This document shows, in pieces, positions 36,830 through 50,604 of a DNA stretch of 64,000 nucleotides. The notes beneath the pieces were generated by a model. The model was not told where the DNA came from, did no database searches, and was given only the letters and a program-made list of their open reading frames with translations. A program made the position numbers and the translations under genes. How positions within the stretch are numbered: position 1 is the first letter of the stretch; every line of letters begins with the position of its first letter. The stretch comes from Octopus bimaculoides (Eukaryota), in assembly GCF_001194135.2 (NCBI RefSeq), contig NC_068982.1:91142357-91206356 (forward strand), written 5' to 3'.

Positions 36830-39215
36830 GAAGAAAATCAACAACAAACACCACGGGAACAAATAATTTGATCAAGGCAGCAAGTACTGTTGTAGCAGAA
36901 AATGTCAAGACAAGAAATATAATGGGAGTAACAAAAGAAAAGATCCATGGGGAGGGGAGAAAAATACAGTCGGGGTTAGATATGCTCTCGAAGGACATTT
37001 CCGTGTTAGACCGAAAAGAGAAGGGGAGCTTAAAAGCGAACGAAAATATAAGGTACAGAGCAGGAAGTATGATATTGAAAGAAAGGGCCTGAAAGTGGTA
37101 ATGGAGGACTAAAACAGCGCCTCATTGCAAAGAAAGCATAGATGGTAAGATACGACCAAAGAATGAAGAGATACCAGCAGAATAGGTTATTCAGAGTAGA
37201 TCAGAAGAGATTCGACAAAGAAATAAATGGAGAGTGTACAGATGAAAAGTTGATATCAGATAACATTGAAAGTCAAAGGTTTCGGAGTGACATTTGGAGC
37301 AAAGACAGTGCACTAAAAGAATGCTATACGGCTGAAAAAAAATGGAGTCATGCCACTTGAGCAGAAGGGCTGCAAGCGTAAGTGCAGAGGTACCAAGGAT
37401 CAACTCCTGGTTGACAAAACTGTACTTAGAGACTGCAAGAGGAGAAAAAGTAAGTTAGCCATGTCATGGACCAATTATCGTAAGGTGTACGATATCCCAC
37501 ATTCTTGGATTATGGAACGTATGAACCTATTTGGTATTGCATCAAATGTTGAGCGATTGCTTGGAAAAAGTATGGTGAAGTGGAGGATGGAACTGACAGC
37601 ATATGGAAGAAGTTTAGGGACAGTAGAAATTAGGAAGAGCATCTTCCAAGGGGACTGCCTGTCCCCACTGATCTTTGTACTGTGAATGATCCCACTAACG
37701 CTGATTCTGAGAAAGCAAAGGCTGGGTATTTATTCAAGAGCTGCCAACAAAAAGTCAACCATTTGTTATTCATGGATGACCTCAAACTTTATGGTAAACA
37801 TGAATCCTAAGTTGTTCCTTCGTTGATACGGTGTATACCTTCAGTGCTGATATCAGAATGGAGTTCGAACTGAAAAAGTGTGATGTGTTAATCATGAAGA
37901 AAGGCAAAATCAAATGTATTGACGGGTTATCGATACCGTCGGGGGAGGTTATGAAGCAGATAGAAGAGACGGGCTATAAGTACTTGGGGATTTTGGAAAT
38001 AGATAAATTGATGGAGAAAGAAATGACTGAAAAATTTAAAGTAGAGCACTTACACAGGCTGAGACTGATCCTTAAGTCGAAATTAAACGGACGGAATAAG
38101 ATTGAAGATATCAACACCTGGGCGGTTTCACTACTTAGATATGGAGCAGAGGTAATCGCATAGACAGTAGACGAACTAAACAGCTTAGACAGAAAGACAA
38201 GGAAGTTGCTGACTAAATATGGGATACTCCATCCAAAACATGACACAGATATACTGTATGTGTCAAGAAAAAGGGGGTAAGAGGACTGATTGGATGCGAA
38301 CACAGCATTTGAGCAGAAGATGACAACATAGCATGGTATGTAAAAAAATGCCACAGAACCGCTATTATTGAAAGCAAGAAGGTCAAGCTTGTGTAGGATG
38401 GAAGATTGAAGAAATGAAACTGAAAATAGGTGAATAAAGAAAAGAATTCATGGACAATTTCATAGGGATGATGAAGATAAGACAGACAGAGAAAAAGATG
38501 GTTGTGGATGACTAAAAGTAATTTAAAACCGGAAACGCATGCTCTAATCTGCGCTGCCTAAGAGTAAGCATTAAGAACCAATTACAGCAAATGCAGAATA
38601 CAGAATACATTAGAAAGTGATAAGTGCAGAATTTGTGGACAAAATGGCATATTACCAGTCAATGAACGCCACTAGCCCAGAAAGAATATAAGAGACGTCA
38701 TGACAATATAGCAAGGATTGTCCATTGGACATTTTGCAACAAGTATGGACTTGACAGAGCAAAAAAGTGCTACGAACATAAACACGAAGGCATCATCGAA
38801 AATGATAATGCAAAGATCCTATGGGATTTTATGATTCAGTGCGACCATGAGAAAGAGAACAGGAAACCAGGCATTGTGTTAATTGAGAAAGAAAGCAAAC
38901 GATACTGGATCGTAGATATAGCATGCCCAGCTGACAAGGTATGCGATAAGGAAGAAAGGAAAGTCGATAGATATGAGAGGCTAGCTTGGGAGGTTAAGCA
39001 GTTGTCACTGAAAAAGGTGGCAATAGTACCAATAATTGTTGGAGCCCTGGGAACAGTGAGTAAAAATCTTGAGAAGTACATGGAACAAATAGGGGCTGCA
39101 ATAAGGGTGGAACACTTGTAGAAAACAGCACTGCATAGAACCGCTCGAAAAATAAGGGGTGTTACTTTAGTTGACAGGTAGTGAACAGCTGACACTGTTG
39201 TACATCTTCAGCGTT
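36830..39215 (+). mobile_element. R4/Dong-like non-LTR retrotransposon, 5'-truncated and decayed (RT, Zn-knuckle, RLE)
   Basis: [95 protein letters not shown]; stops and frameshifts throughout. Confidence 0.92.
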
Positions 39216-39549
39216 AGAAGCTGTGCCAAGACAATAAAATGATGGTGATGATGATGATGATGAGGAGGAGGAGGAGGGGGAGGAGGATAAAAAAACAAAG
39301 TGTGCCTACGGTGTAGATATCAATAAGTTACAACATGATATATATTGATTGACACAAGTGAACATTTCTCAGTGAATTGAAATTTTCTTCTTGGTTGGAG
39401 AAAGAAAACAAAAACGAAACAGTAATTAGTAGCAACTTTCAAAGAAAGCAAAACATATTAGGATTTCAAGGAATTTAGAATTAATTTCCCGAAATTTGTC
39501 TAAATGTTTATAAGATCTTGTTTTTATTTGTAGGTTAAGTAATAACTAT

Positions 39550-39878
39550 AGGTATGAAGCAGATAAAAGAGACGGGTTATAAGTACTTGGGGATTTGGGA
39601 AATGGATAAATTGATGAAATGACTGAAAAATTTAAGGTAGAGCACTTACACAGGCAGAGACTGATCCTTAAGTCGAAATTAAACGGATGGAATAAGATTG
39701 AAGATATCAACACCTGGGCGGTTTCACTACTTAGATATGGAGCAGAGGTAATCGCATAGACAGTAGACGAACTAAACAGCTTAGACATAAAGACAAGGAA
39801 ATTGCTGGCTAAATATGGGATACTCCATCCAAAAAGTGACACAGACAGACTGTATGTGTCAAGAAAAAGAGGGGTAAA
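39550..39878 (+). mobile_element. Direct second copy of the R4-like segment 37950-38278
   Basis: Near-identical sequence in the same orientation; shares the TAG at 38161/39757. Confidence 0.9.
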
Positions 39879-39881
39879 ATA

Positions 39882-40450
39882 TGGGGACTTTGCGGTAGTA
39901 TGAGGCTGCCAGTCGATCCCTAGCTTCTGTAAGACTCTCCACAGCATGTCTCGCGGCAAGCAGACATACCTTTTCGAGGTACACACGACACGTGTACATC
40001 TCTTGATAATACTGCTAGTACTTTTCGAAGACGCTGTAGTATGAATATTCGATCAGCCGTGCTAGTCAAAGGCGGAATATATGCATGGATTGTCAGCTAC
40101 CTCAGGCTCTTCCATATCACTACATCTCTTTTCCAGGCATCTGGCGAATACTTTACCAGAGAGGTTGAGCAAAGACATTCCTCTATAATTACAGCCCTGT
40201 CTATTGTCTCCCTTTTTAAAAAGTGAGATTACTACTCCGGATTGCCATTCTTTTTATGTCTTTCCAAAGATCTTGTATGCCTGGCGTAAGTCAGAGAGAA
40301 TACTTCCTCTGTTTAAGGCTTTGAACACCTGGGTCGAATTCCATTCACCTCAACGACTTTGCCACGATTGAGTACTTTAAATGCTTTTGTAACTTCAGCC
40401 TCTATGAAGCTAGCCATCCCTCTTACATGCACCTTTTGTACACCTGAAGC
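39882..40450 (-). mobile_element. RTE-clade LINE fragment (linker and RT N-terminal part), decayed
   Basis: EAEVTKAFKVLNRGK..IRP and KGDNRQGCNYRGMSLLNLSGKVFARCLEKR. Confidence 0.85.
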
Positions 40451-41149
40451 TGTTATTGTTACCGGAACTAGGAAACCGACAACATATTCCCTCTACTACC
40501 GGAGAATGCATTTCTCTACGGTGAAAAACTCCAACCAAGTTCCTGACTGCAGGTATAGGGTAGGGAATCTTATTACGAAGTTGTCAGATAATCTGCAGAA
40601 AACTTTACTTGCTAGTCGAAAGTCAGATTCTGCACAAGATAATCGATGAATGATCAAAAGTCCATATGAATCTATATCTCTAATTTTGCTAGAAACGTGT
40701 ATTCCAAGCACCGGCAAGGATTACAAACATTTTCTTATATATAATTAACTATACGCTGAGTTGCGTAATTTTATCGGGTATTTTCTGGTGTGTAGTTAAT
40801 TACATAGCGTCATGTAATTATATGACGATATTTCGTATATGTGGTTAATTACATAGTGTCTCAAGTAATCGTTAGAAATGGCAGGAACATTGCGAAATTC
40901 AAGCAATTGTCTATGCAGTATGGCATCGTGGATAAAAACATGCCATCAGTCCTTATTGAGGAGAATTTATAACGACTAAATACTACTCTTGATTTCATTT
41001 CTATCAGCTAAATTGAAAATTCAGTTCCAGCGAGTAGGCTGCAGCAGATTTTGGTCTCTTAGCAGGCGGGTAAAATACAGGTTCTATTACGTCGCGTCTT
41101 TGCATTATTGAAATTGGAAATTTGACGTAAATATTGTTAGTCTAAAATT

Positions 41150-41252
41150 AGATACATACATATAAACATACATACATATACACACACATACATACATGCA
41201 TACATACATACATGCATACATACATACATACATACATACATGTATACATACA

Positions 41253-41283
<31 letters not shown>
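41150..41283. repeat. (CATA)n microsatellite
   Basis: Direct reading. Confidence 0.95.
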
Positions 41284-41559
41284 GTTATGCATTTTCTATC
41301 CAAGGACAGGAGATTGCTACTAAATACCTAATAAACAAAAGAGACAGTGAAGCCCTAGAAGTGAATCCTCGTTCGTGGACATTTTTCCTTTGCTTTTACG
41401 TATACCTACAATATCGACTCACTATTGCATTATATGCATGGTTATATCAATAAATCAACGCTCATCCGAAACAGCTGTAAAGGAAAGACATGATTAATTC
41501 GTATATGCAACTTTTATATAAATACCTTCCTTATGCTTTTTCATATTTGCCTGTCATGT

Positions 41560-41684
<125 letters not shown>

Positions 41685-42927
41685 CATGTACATACATACA
41701 CACATATTTCTGTATATATACAGTTTGTGAAGAATAATGTCATTTCTTACAAGTTTCCAACGGTCTGATTACTGGCTTCACAGCAGTTGCGATGGCGAGA
41801 ATGGTAAAGAAGCATCTAATCAACCTGTGCAGCATAAATACCACTCGACATTTGGTTCGAAAACACTGCTCTATTAGTCTTTACGCCGATGATTATCTTT
41901 TTCTCTTGTATATGCATACATACACAAGAGCACACAAATGTGCATGCATACATATGTGTGTGTGTGTATGTGCGTTCGCGTGTGTGCGTGTGTTTGACCT
42001 CATGCATATTGAATTAAATTATGTATATGTGTATGTGTATGTATTTGTGTGCGTCATTTACTTTGATATGTTTGAATCCAAATCTTAACCGGATGAGCCA
42101 GGAAGTACTGTTGAACAGCTGACAACTGGAGCTTCAGTTTTATTTGTTACACATTACAAGGAAAATGAACGGGATATTGAAAGTGATGATGGAGGAGTAT
42201 CAACCGTTTCAAACAGAGAGAATGCAAACGAGTGAGAAAAGTCTTTCCGGAGAGATTACACCTGTTCTACCGCATAGACACTAACAGTATGATAAATACC
42301 AGCTATCTTGAGATTGTTGCGAGTTTAACTCATCGAGTGGACAAAAATGCTGAAGCCGAGATATCAGCAGTTCGTACCCTGCTCTTGATGTGATGCTTGT
42401 CTCAGTTGCAAATTGGCTGCAGTGGGGGTTACAAATATCTATTGTGCTTAAACTCTACACAGTCACTCGAGTGCAAGAAATAACAAACAAATTTCTCCCA
42501 AATACCACTCTACTGACTTTTTAAGATGTTTAAGTCGTATATAACGACATCCTGGACGCATTGTTTGGAAAAAAGAAGCAGGAACATCTTTAGGCTTTTT
42601 CAATGCAAGAATTTTATAGATACAAAAATTAGATACAAATGAGCGTGTATATACGTGAATGCATGTGATATACAAGAGTTTTGTATACGTATGTATGTGT
42701 TGATGTATGTAAATATCTATATACGTGAATGAATATATACGTGTGTATACATCTTCACAGATATACATACTTCTACTACTCACCACTGACCTGTTCTTTA
42801 AGCAACCTAACCTATATTCCCAATTCTCCATTCCACCATTTTACTACCCTTACCCCCTCTCTCTGCCCATCACTTAAGCTCTATCACAACATACCTCACA
42901 CACATTTACTATTTACCCTCTCATCTC

Positions 42928-42928
<1 letters not shown>

Positions 42929-43015
<87 letters not shown>
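42929..43015. repeat. (CT)n microsatellite
   Basis: Direct reading. Confidence 0.95.
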
Positions 43016-43381
43016 ACCCTCACCTCTCCCTTCCTTCTATCATTTTATCCTGACCACTAGCTAGCGTACCTTCTCTCTATTCATTTCTTTACTGTCTTTT
43101 TCCCTCTTTCTTTCTTTTCTCTCTCTTCTTGTTTTTTGTTTTTTTTGAAACCCTCGATCGAATAACACCGTTTACAAACACTATACTTGGAATTACTAAT
43201 TATAAACACCATTAGAATTCATACAAAGGTACAGGAAACTTACATATACACCATTCTGCTTAAATAATAGAACTGCAGACACAACATCCTTACGTATCTC
43301 ACGTCTGTTTTCATTCCTCTACTTCACTCTGTATCTCATATCTTCTCCATAACAACTATTACTTAAACATTTTCTCGCATC

Positions 43382-43429
43382 GTCTCTGATGAAGAGATAT
43401 ATAATATATCCCAGAAACAGCTGTAAGAC
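43382..43429 (+). ncRNA. Minimal type I hammerhead ribozyme motif
   Basis: GTCT-CTGATGA-A-GAGATATA-TAA-TATATCCC-A-GAAA-CAGCTG-TA/AGAC: stem I GTCT/AGAC, conserved core, stem II, palindromic stem III ACAGCTGT, GUA cleavage triplet. Confidence 0.75.
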
Positions 43430-43499
43430 CCTCTCTTTATAAATGTTCTGAAAACTTTCACAGCCTTGGATTTTTTTTACCATATACTTATTCTTTGTA

Positions 43500-43735
43500 A
43501 GGCTAGTACTTATAGTATCGGTCTCTTTTGCCGAACCACCAGGTTACGGGGACGTAAACACACCAACATTGGTCGTCAAGCGATGGTGGGGGTACAAACA
43601 TATATACACACACAAATATACACAGGCACAGACACACACACACACATACATGTGTGTGTGTGTGTGTGTGTATATACGACGGGCTTCTTTCAGTTTCCGT
43701 CCACCAAATCCACTCACAAGGCTTTGGTCGGCCTT
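43500..43735 (-). mobile_element. SINE family B, 5'-truncated, with internal CA/TG tract
   Basis: CGACGGGCTTCTTTCAGTTTCCGTCCACCAAATCCACTCACAAGGCTTTGGTCGGCC plus tail block TTTGCCGAACC..GGGGACGTAAAC. Confidence 0.8.
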
Positions 43736-43774
43736 CGGTATAACGTGTCTTTATCGAATATGCAATGTGCCTTC

Positions 43775-43982
43775 AAGGTGGTGAGCTGGCAGAATCGTTA
43801 GCACGCCGGGCAAAATGCTTAGCGGCACTTCTTACGTTCTAAGTTCAAATTTTGCCGAGGTCAGTTTTGCTTTTAATACACTTTATGGATCGATAAAGTA
43901 AGTACTAGTAGAGCACTGGAGTTGCAGCAATCGACTAACCCCTTCCCCTGAAATTGCTGGCCTTGAGCCAAAATTTGAAGCC
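43775..43982 (+). mobile_element. SINE family A
   Basis: GGTGGTGAGCTGGCAGAATCGTTAGCACGCCGGGC head, core, TGCTGGCCTTG..AAAATTTGAA tail. Confidence 0.9.
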
Positions 43983-44319
43983 AATATATAATGTACTTTT
44001 GTCGGTATTTATGAACAATAGTGTCGTTAGTTACGTGTTTACAACGGGTCACTCACTAGTTCATTGTGTTTCTGGCGGAAAAGGAGGTGATAGATTGCCC
44101 TTAATGTCCATAATTGGTCGGAACGAATACTAGATAGTGCAGTGTTATTCTAAAGCACCGGTTTTTGCAGATTTTCTGGCCAATGTTTAAAACTTTCACC
44201 GATTTACATCAGCGAAAGATAAATATACGCACGCGTACGATGGCGCACACACACAGCGCGCTTACACACACACACACACACACATATTCATACTCAGACA
44301 TGGTCATATGAATGGCTTC

Positions 44320-44450
44320 TATATTTTCTGTCTACCAAATTCCACTTCGCTATAGAAGTAACTTACCCAAGGTGACATGCATTGGGATAGAACACAATAC
44401 AGTGTAGTTTCAAAATAAGCTGCTTACCCACTCAGCTCTGCCTGCGACCG
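44320..44450 (-). mobile_element. SINE family B, diverged fragment
   Basis: TCTGTCTACCAAATTCCAC..ACTTACCCAAGGTG..GGGATAGAAC. Confidence 0.55.
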
Positions 44451-46254
44451 TCTTTGATTACTTTGAAATGGAAATCTAAACGCTGATACCCACGCGCTTT
44501 CCCCTCAAAATTCTACACCCTACCACTACCACCAACACCACCATCACCACCAACACCACCATCACCACTATCACCACCATCACCACCGTTACCATCAAAG
44601 CAAATCGATTCACGGCAAAACTGTTTCTCCTTATAAAGAACTACCTACAGTTGCACCTGTTGTAACAACCTGGTAATGTCAGCCAGGCGCGGAAAATATA
44701 TATGTCGACACCTTGCAGAAGGGAGTTTCCTGATGAATTCCTACTGTACTAAAACTCGTCATCGTCGTTGCTACTGCTGTTATTGTTGTTGTTGTTGTTG
44801 TTGTTTGCCTCCAGGTCAGCCCTGATAGGGCAAACTTATAATGAAAGACACTTCTTTTCTGATTTTAGTGTACTTTTGGAGTCGGCGACCGGGGTAAATT
44901 ACCCCAAGCGGAGTAAAAATGAAATTTTATGGGGTAATGAAGACTCATTAGATAGACATAAGTAAAATTACATAAAAACATGTTCCTTGTTACGACAGAA
45001 TTTTTTCTTCTGGTACTGCTGCATCTGTCCAATGTAATAAACGTGTAAATATATTCATATAAATAGATTCAATAAAATAGATTCAATAAACCTTTTGAAT
45101 TCAAAGAATCTGTGATTTTCTTCCTTTCAAATCAAGGTAGTAACGTCGACGTAAATAAATATATTTTGGGGTAATTGATTAAAAAATCCCTCGACCCCTG
45201 TTGTACTTAGAACCACATTATGTAATGAGTCTATTTCTTTAAGTTGGTAGATGTAATTTGAAGGAGATTTAAGTACTATTTTTAATAGGCCGAACGACCA
45301 CGTAGGCGCTTCCTCCATGTTTCGTTAATGTGTCTGTTCATGTTTAGGTCTGACTGTGCAGATCTATAGGGAACGACAATCTAGCCATGCCCATTATATC
45401 TGTCAGGGCATATAGAACTACCAAGTCCAGTAAGTTCTTTACTTTTTTAAAACAGCAGAGATTCGAGGGAGATTTGACTGTTTTATTTCTGACAAGCAGC
45501 GGTACCTTTGCTATTATTAATGCCTAATCCCAGTACAGCAGGACCCTTCATCGAGGAAACCTATGACTGGAAGTGTTCCAGCAGTGGTCCACACGTCATT
45601 TTGTATACCAGAACCGACATTATACAATGCAAGTTTCTTTATCTAAAACGGCAGGGTGCGGTTCGAGCGTGATTTTGGCTACTATGTCTAGTAGACCGAG
45701 CGACCACGTGGAGGTTTCCTCGGTAGACTGTGTAGCAAGAATGTTTTTACATGTTAGAATAACAGAAGAATGCACTGATTACACTCGGGAGTCTTTTGAG
45801 TTGCATGTGTGGATAATTACGCACGTCTGCAAATAGACAGCAACACGTTTGTGTACAAACATACGAAAAATGAAAGGAAGAGATGTAGGAAGAGAAACTT
45901 GTACGTAGAGACTCATAAGCCAGCATGTTCTGTATTTATAAAGACAGAAAATACCAACTGCACAATAACATAGATTTTATATATACATGCACACATACAT
46001 TGACACACATACTTGCATACACACACGCACACGCACACATATATATACACACACACACACACCCATATATACTCGTACATACGCAAACCCGTAGATGCAA
46101 CGATACACAACAGGCAAACATAAACACACACATATGCATACACATACACTGACACAGACATGCCCACACGCGCGCACTGGCGCGAATACATGTGACCAGG
46201 TATCCAATACACTTGTACATATTCAGACGTGATATTCAGACAGAGCACATTTAA

Positions 46255-46256
46255 AA

Positions 46257-46345
<89 letters not shown>

Positions 46346-46392
46346 ACACACACATACACTCACACACACACACACACACACAAACGCACACA
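46255..46392. repeat. (CA)n microsatellite
   Basis: Direct reading. Confidence 0.95.
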
Positions 46393-46893
46393 CAAATACT
46401 CGCTCGAAGCACACACAGATACACATTCGTGCTAGGATTTCAAATTAAACATTCGCAAACACACGCACAAATACACATTCGCAAACACGTGCAACAGCAC
46501 ATACACAAGCACAGACACAAATACACATCCGCAAACTCACACTTGCAGACATAGACACAAGCATACACCCTGTAGACTTAAGTTCACACATGTACACACA
46601 CATCGCACGTAAATTTCATGAACTATTCATGGTTTTCACCGTTGGTTTAAAGCTTCAAATTAGATTCGAATATCTAAAACTTTGAAACAAGTATATGGGT
46701 ATTGACAGAAAAATTCCAGTATCGCAAGATGGCGGCATGGGTACGAGAAATTAGTGTAGTCCTCGCGCATCTGGGAAAGAGCAGCTGCTACACACACGCA
46801 AACACATCCAATACAAGGCCACCCGATTGATTACTAAATCTTCCCTCACCAACGCACTGCAAACTCTGGCCCACTGATGTAGCAGTGGCTGTT

Positions 46894-46938
<45 letters not shown>

Positions 46939-47317
46939 CTCTCTCTTTTTCTCCTTCACTCCCCCTCCCCTCTCTCATTCCCTCTCGCTCTCTTCCCTCT
47001 CTCTCTCTCTTTCCTATGCTGTTATTACAACGGCTTCTACTCCTATTAACTACAGCTGTCTCTCGTATTTCCGTCATTTTCTGCGTTGAAACCCACGATA
47101 AACATTTCCTTCTCACAGTTACAACCTTCTTGAATTTAGTTCCCTATTCACAATATTCCCTTCATGAGTTCAAGTTAAACATCCAAATATCTCATAGATT
47201 TAGACACTGTAATGGAAATAAATACACTCACGAAGATATACACAAACAAGCACATACGTGGATACGTATGCACAGTTATGTTGAGAGATGCTGAAATATA
47301 CAAATATGTACTCTTTT

Positions 47318-47694
47318 ACTCTTTTACTCGTTTCAGCCATGCGGCTGTGGTCATGCTGGAGAACCACCATGTATGTTGTTGTTGGCACTCCGTCCCTTAC
47401 GACGTCGAGGGTTCCAGTTGATCCGATCAACGGAACAGCCTGCTCGTGAAATTAACGTGCAAGTGGCTGAGCACTCCACAGACACGTGTACCCTAAACGT
47501 AGTTCTCGGGGATATTCAGCGTGACACAGTGTGACAAGGCTGACCCTTTGAATTACAGGCACAACAGAAACAGGAAGTAAGAGTGAGAGAAAGTTGTGGT
47601 GAAAGAGTACAGCAGGGTTCGCCACTATCCCTTGCCGGAGCGTCGTGGAGCTTTAGGTGTTTTCGCTCAATAAACACTCACAACGCCCAGTCTG
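47318..47694 (-). mobile_element. SINE family C; head lost in the N gap
   Basis: Matches 14140-14400 and continues into an RTE-like tail (TTCAGCCATGCGGCTGTGGTCATGCTGGAG). Confidence 0.85.
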
Positions 47695-48149
47695 NNNNNN
47701 NNNNNNNNNNNNNNNNNNNNNNNNNNNNNNNNNNNNNNNNNNNNNNNNNNNNNNNNNNNNNNNNNNNNNNNNNNNNNNNNNNNNNNNNNNNNNNNNNNNN
47801 NNNNNNNNNNNNNNNNNNNNNNNNNNNNNNNNNNNNNNNNNNNNNNNNNNNNNNNNNNNNNNNNNNNNNNNNNNNNNNNNNNNNNNNNNNNNNNNNNNNN
47901 NNNNNNNNNNNNNNNNNNNNNNNNNNNNNNNNNNNNNNNNNNNNNNNNNNNNNNNNNNNNNNNNNNNNNNNNNNNNNNNNNNNNNNNNNNNNNNNNNNNN
48001 NNNNNNNNNNNNNNNNNNNNNNNNNNNNNNNNNNNNNNNNNNNNNNNNNNNNNNNNNNNNNNNNNNNNNNNNNNNNNNNNNNNNNNNNNNNNNNNNNNNN
48101 NNNNNNNNNNNNNNNNNNNNNNNNNNNNNNNNNNNNNNNNNNNNNNNNN
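47695..48149. other. Assembly gap (N run)
   Basis: Direct reading. Confidence 1.
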
Positions 48150-48639
48150 ATATATATGGTGGGGGAAGGCATATCTCTATGATAAGGAAGCTCATATAAT
48201 AACCATAAGAACCGGAGTTCGATCACACTGCTCCCTGGGCAGCTGACTAAAGAATTGTGAATGAAATTGGGTAGTGGGGAAACTATGTGGAAGCCTCTTG
48301 GACGTCTGTCACTATAATGAGAAAAATTCAAGTTTTGTCACCCTAAAACTTCCTGATGGTTGCGTTAAAGGTTCAAGAGTTAGAAGTAATAGCCGTATAA
48401 ACTATAATACAATAAGCAGGCAGTTTCATTTCTAATAATTATTCCAACAACTGGAATAATCATCGTACAAACCAATTTTAGATCCAGCATTAGGTCTCTT
48501 CAAACTGAGTGCACGACCTGATTTCGTAAGTATACCAACTGGAACTGTCTCAGTTTCCTTGTCTAGCTAAATAATAACATGAACATCTTGTGCAGTAAAT
48601 AGAATCTGCAGAAAGACGGTTTATATATGCTGTGTTATT

Positions 48640-48882
48640 TCTTTACTACCCACAAGGGGCTACACACTGAGGGGACAAACAAAGACAGACAAACGGATTA
48701 AGTCGATTATATCGACCCCAGTGCGTAAGTGGTACTTATTTAATCGACCCCGAAAGGATGAAAGGCAAAGTCGACCTCGGCGGAATTTGAACTCAGAATG
48801 TAGCGGCAGACGAAATACCGCTAAGCATTTCGCCCGGCGTGCTAACGTTTCTGCCAGCTCACCGCCTTCTGCCAGCTCGCCG
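48640..48882 (-). mobile_element. SINE family A, well-conserved copy with an alternative tail
   Basis: Near-consensus core; tail GACTTAATCCGTTTGTCTG..GGGTAGTAAAGAAAT; short head duplication. Confidence 0.9.
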
Positions 48883-49741
48883 GTTTATATATGCTGTGTG
48901 TGTGTGTGTGTGTGCGCGTGCGTGCGTGTGTGAGTGTGTGCGCGTGCGCGCATACATGCATATGCAAATATTTAGATACATGCACAGACAAGTTATGTAA
49001 TATACGCAGAATGCATTAATACAAGCACACGTGGGATTTAAATATATTTGTTCAGATTTGTTTTATTAAGTTAAGCAAACACTAAGAACATGGCATAGAG
49101 CCAATTTATGTAAGTATTCAAAGACAATATTGAAGTACGATTTTAATTCTTTCGACTGCTAGCCTCGTCTTTAATATTTCATCTGCATTTTGTTTCGATC
49201 GACGTACTTAATCCTGGATATGTACATTGTACTAGGATGAATTTAAACTAGAAATAATTATTTCGCTATTCTAAGTACTAACACACTTAACATGTGCACT
49301 TGTGCACGCGCACAGGTTTCACATCTAAGAAAGAAAACATGTGCGTTCCTAAGTTTTCTAAAATGAAATCGGATACATTTGTTAAGTAAATAATTTAAGT
49401 AATAGTTATTTGAACGGATGCTCACATTCTTCGCAAAGATATAGAATTTGTAATCAATGTAAATTTCTGCAGAAATCCTCAAGGAAAAATTAGTGGGATC
49501 ATCTACTATGCCACTGACACATACACACTTAATGGTTATTTAAATTCATTTTTGACTAAGGTTAATATCAACACTAAGCTTTCTGGTTGAGTTTGGCAAA
49601 TTTACTGGTTAAATCATACTGAAGATTTCTAAAATGGATGAAATGGTGCTATACATGATTACACTAAAAACTCTAAGAACTAAGCCATAGGTAATAACAA
49701 AATAAGAATTTAAAATATTTCTGTGTAAATGTATGAATGTG

Positions 49742-49805
<64 letters not shown>

Positions 49806-50604
49806 CTATATCGCTTAGTTTTAAACTTAAGATTTCAATCCCGACTCATATTGTGAAGAAATAATTACTTCCCTTTGTAATAAAGGTCATCGAGAGCCCA
49901 ACGCGTGTGCTATATATACTAATTGTTTCATTTCCATAGGTTTCTGTTGTTGTTTTCCGTAAGCTATGGAAAATTTATACCATAGTGGCATAAGAAATCC
50001 TTTTGTCACAACATATACCTTTCGCCATTTCTGATTTAGATGTCTCTCTTATTATTAAGGCTTTTATCCATATACCTTCCAGTTTCTCTTTTACAACACA
50101 TTCTGAAAATGCATAAGATATTGTAAACACAGTTCTGCTGTTCCAGCCATATGTCTATAGGTTTAACTGTGGCTGTTATATTTAGCATTTTGAGTGACAA
50201 AAGAGAGGTTACCATCGTTGGTTCTCGTATTTCAGTTTGTGTATTGTTGAATAAAAAAGAGAATAAAATTAGCTAAACGTAAAAGAAAGATGGTTCTGTC
50301 TTCTACTGGATCGAATTCTGCCATAAAATTTACCTTTTACTTATTTATCTATAATTATTTTCTTTTGATTCCTTTTTATTATTCTCAGTTCACAAAATGA
50401 TATAAATTTGAAGTAAAATGCGTTGCAATATTTGTTCCTAATCTTTATTATCTCAGTTTGAATCCTCACCAAGATCAACGTTGCTTTTCATAATTCGGGG
50501 GTTGATAAGTACCAGTTAATAACTGGAGGTCGATATAAAACGATTGATCGCGGCACACAGATTTCTAGCTTTGTGCATGTGTATAAGAAACCTTGGGCTT
50601 AAGA

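Noticed and set aside
41466-41480. CGAAACAGCTGTAA, matching the 3' half of the 43382 hammerhead
   Set aside because: No CTGANGA upstream; fragment or chance.
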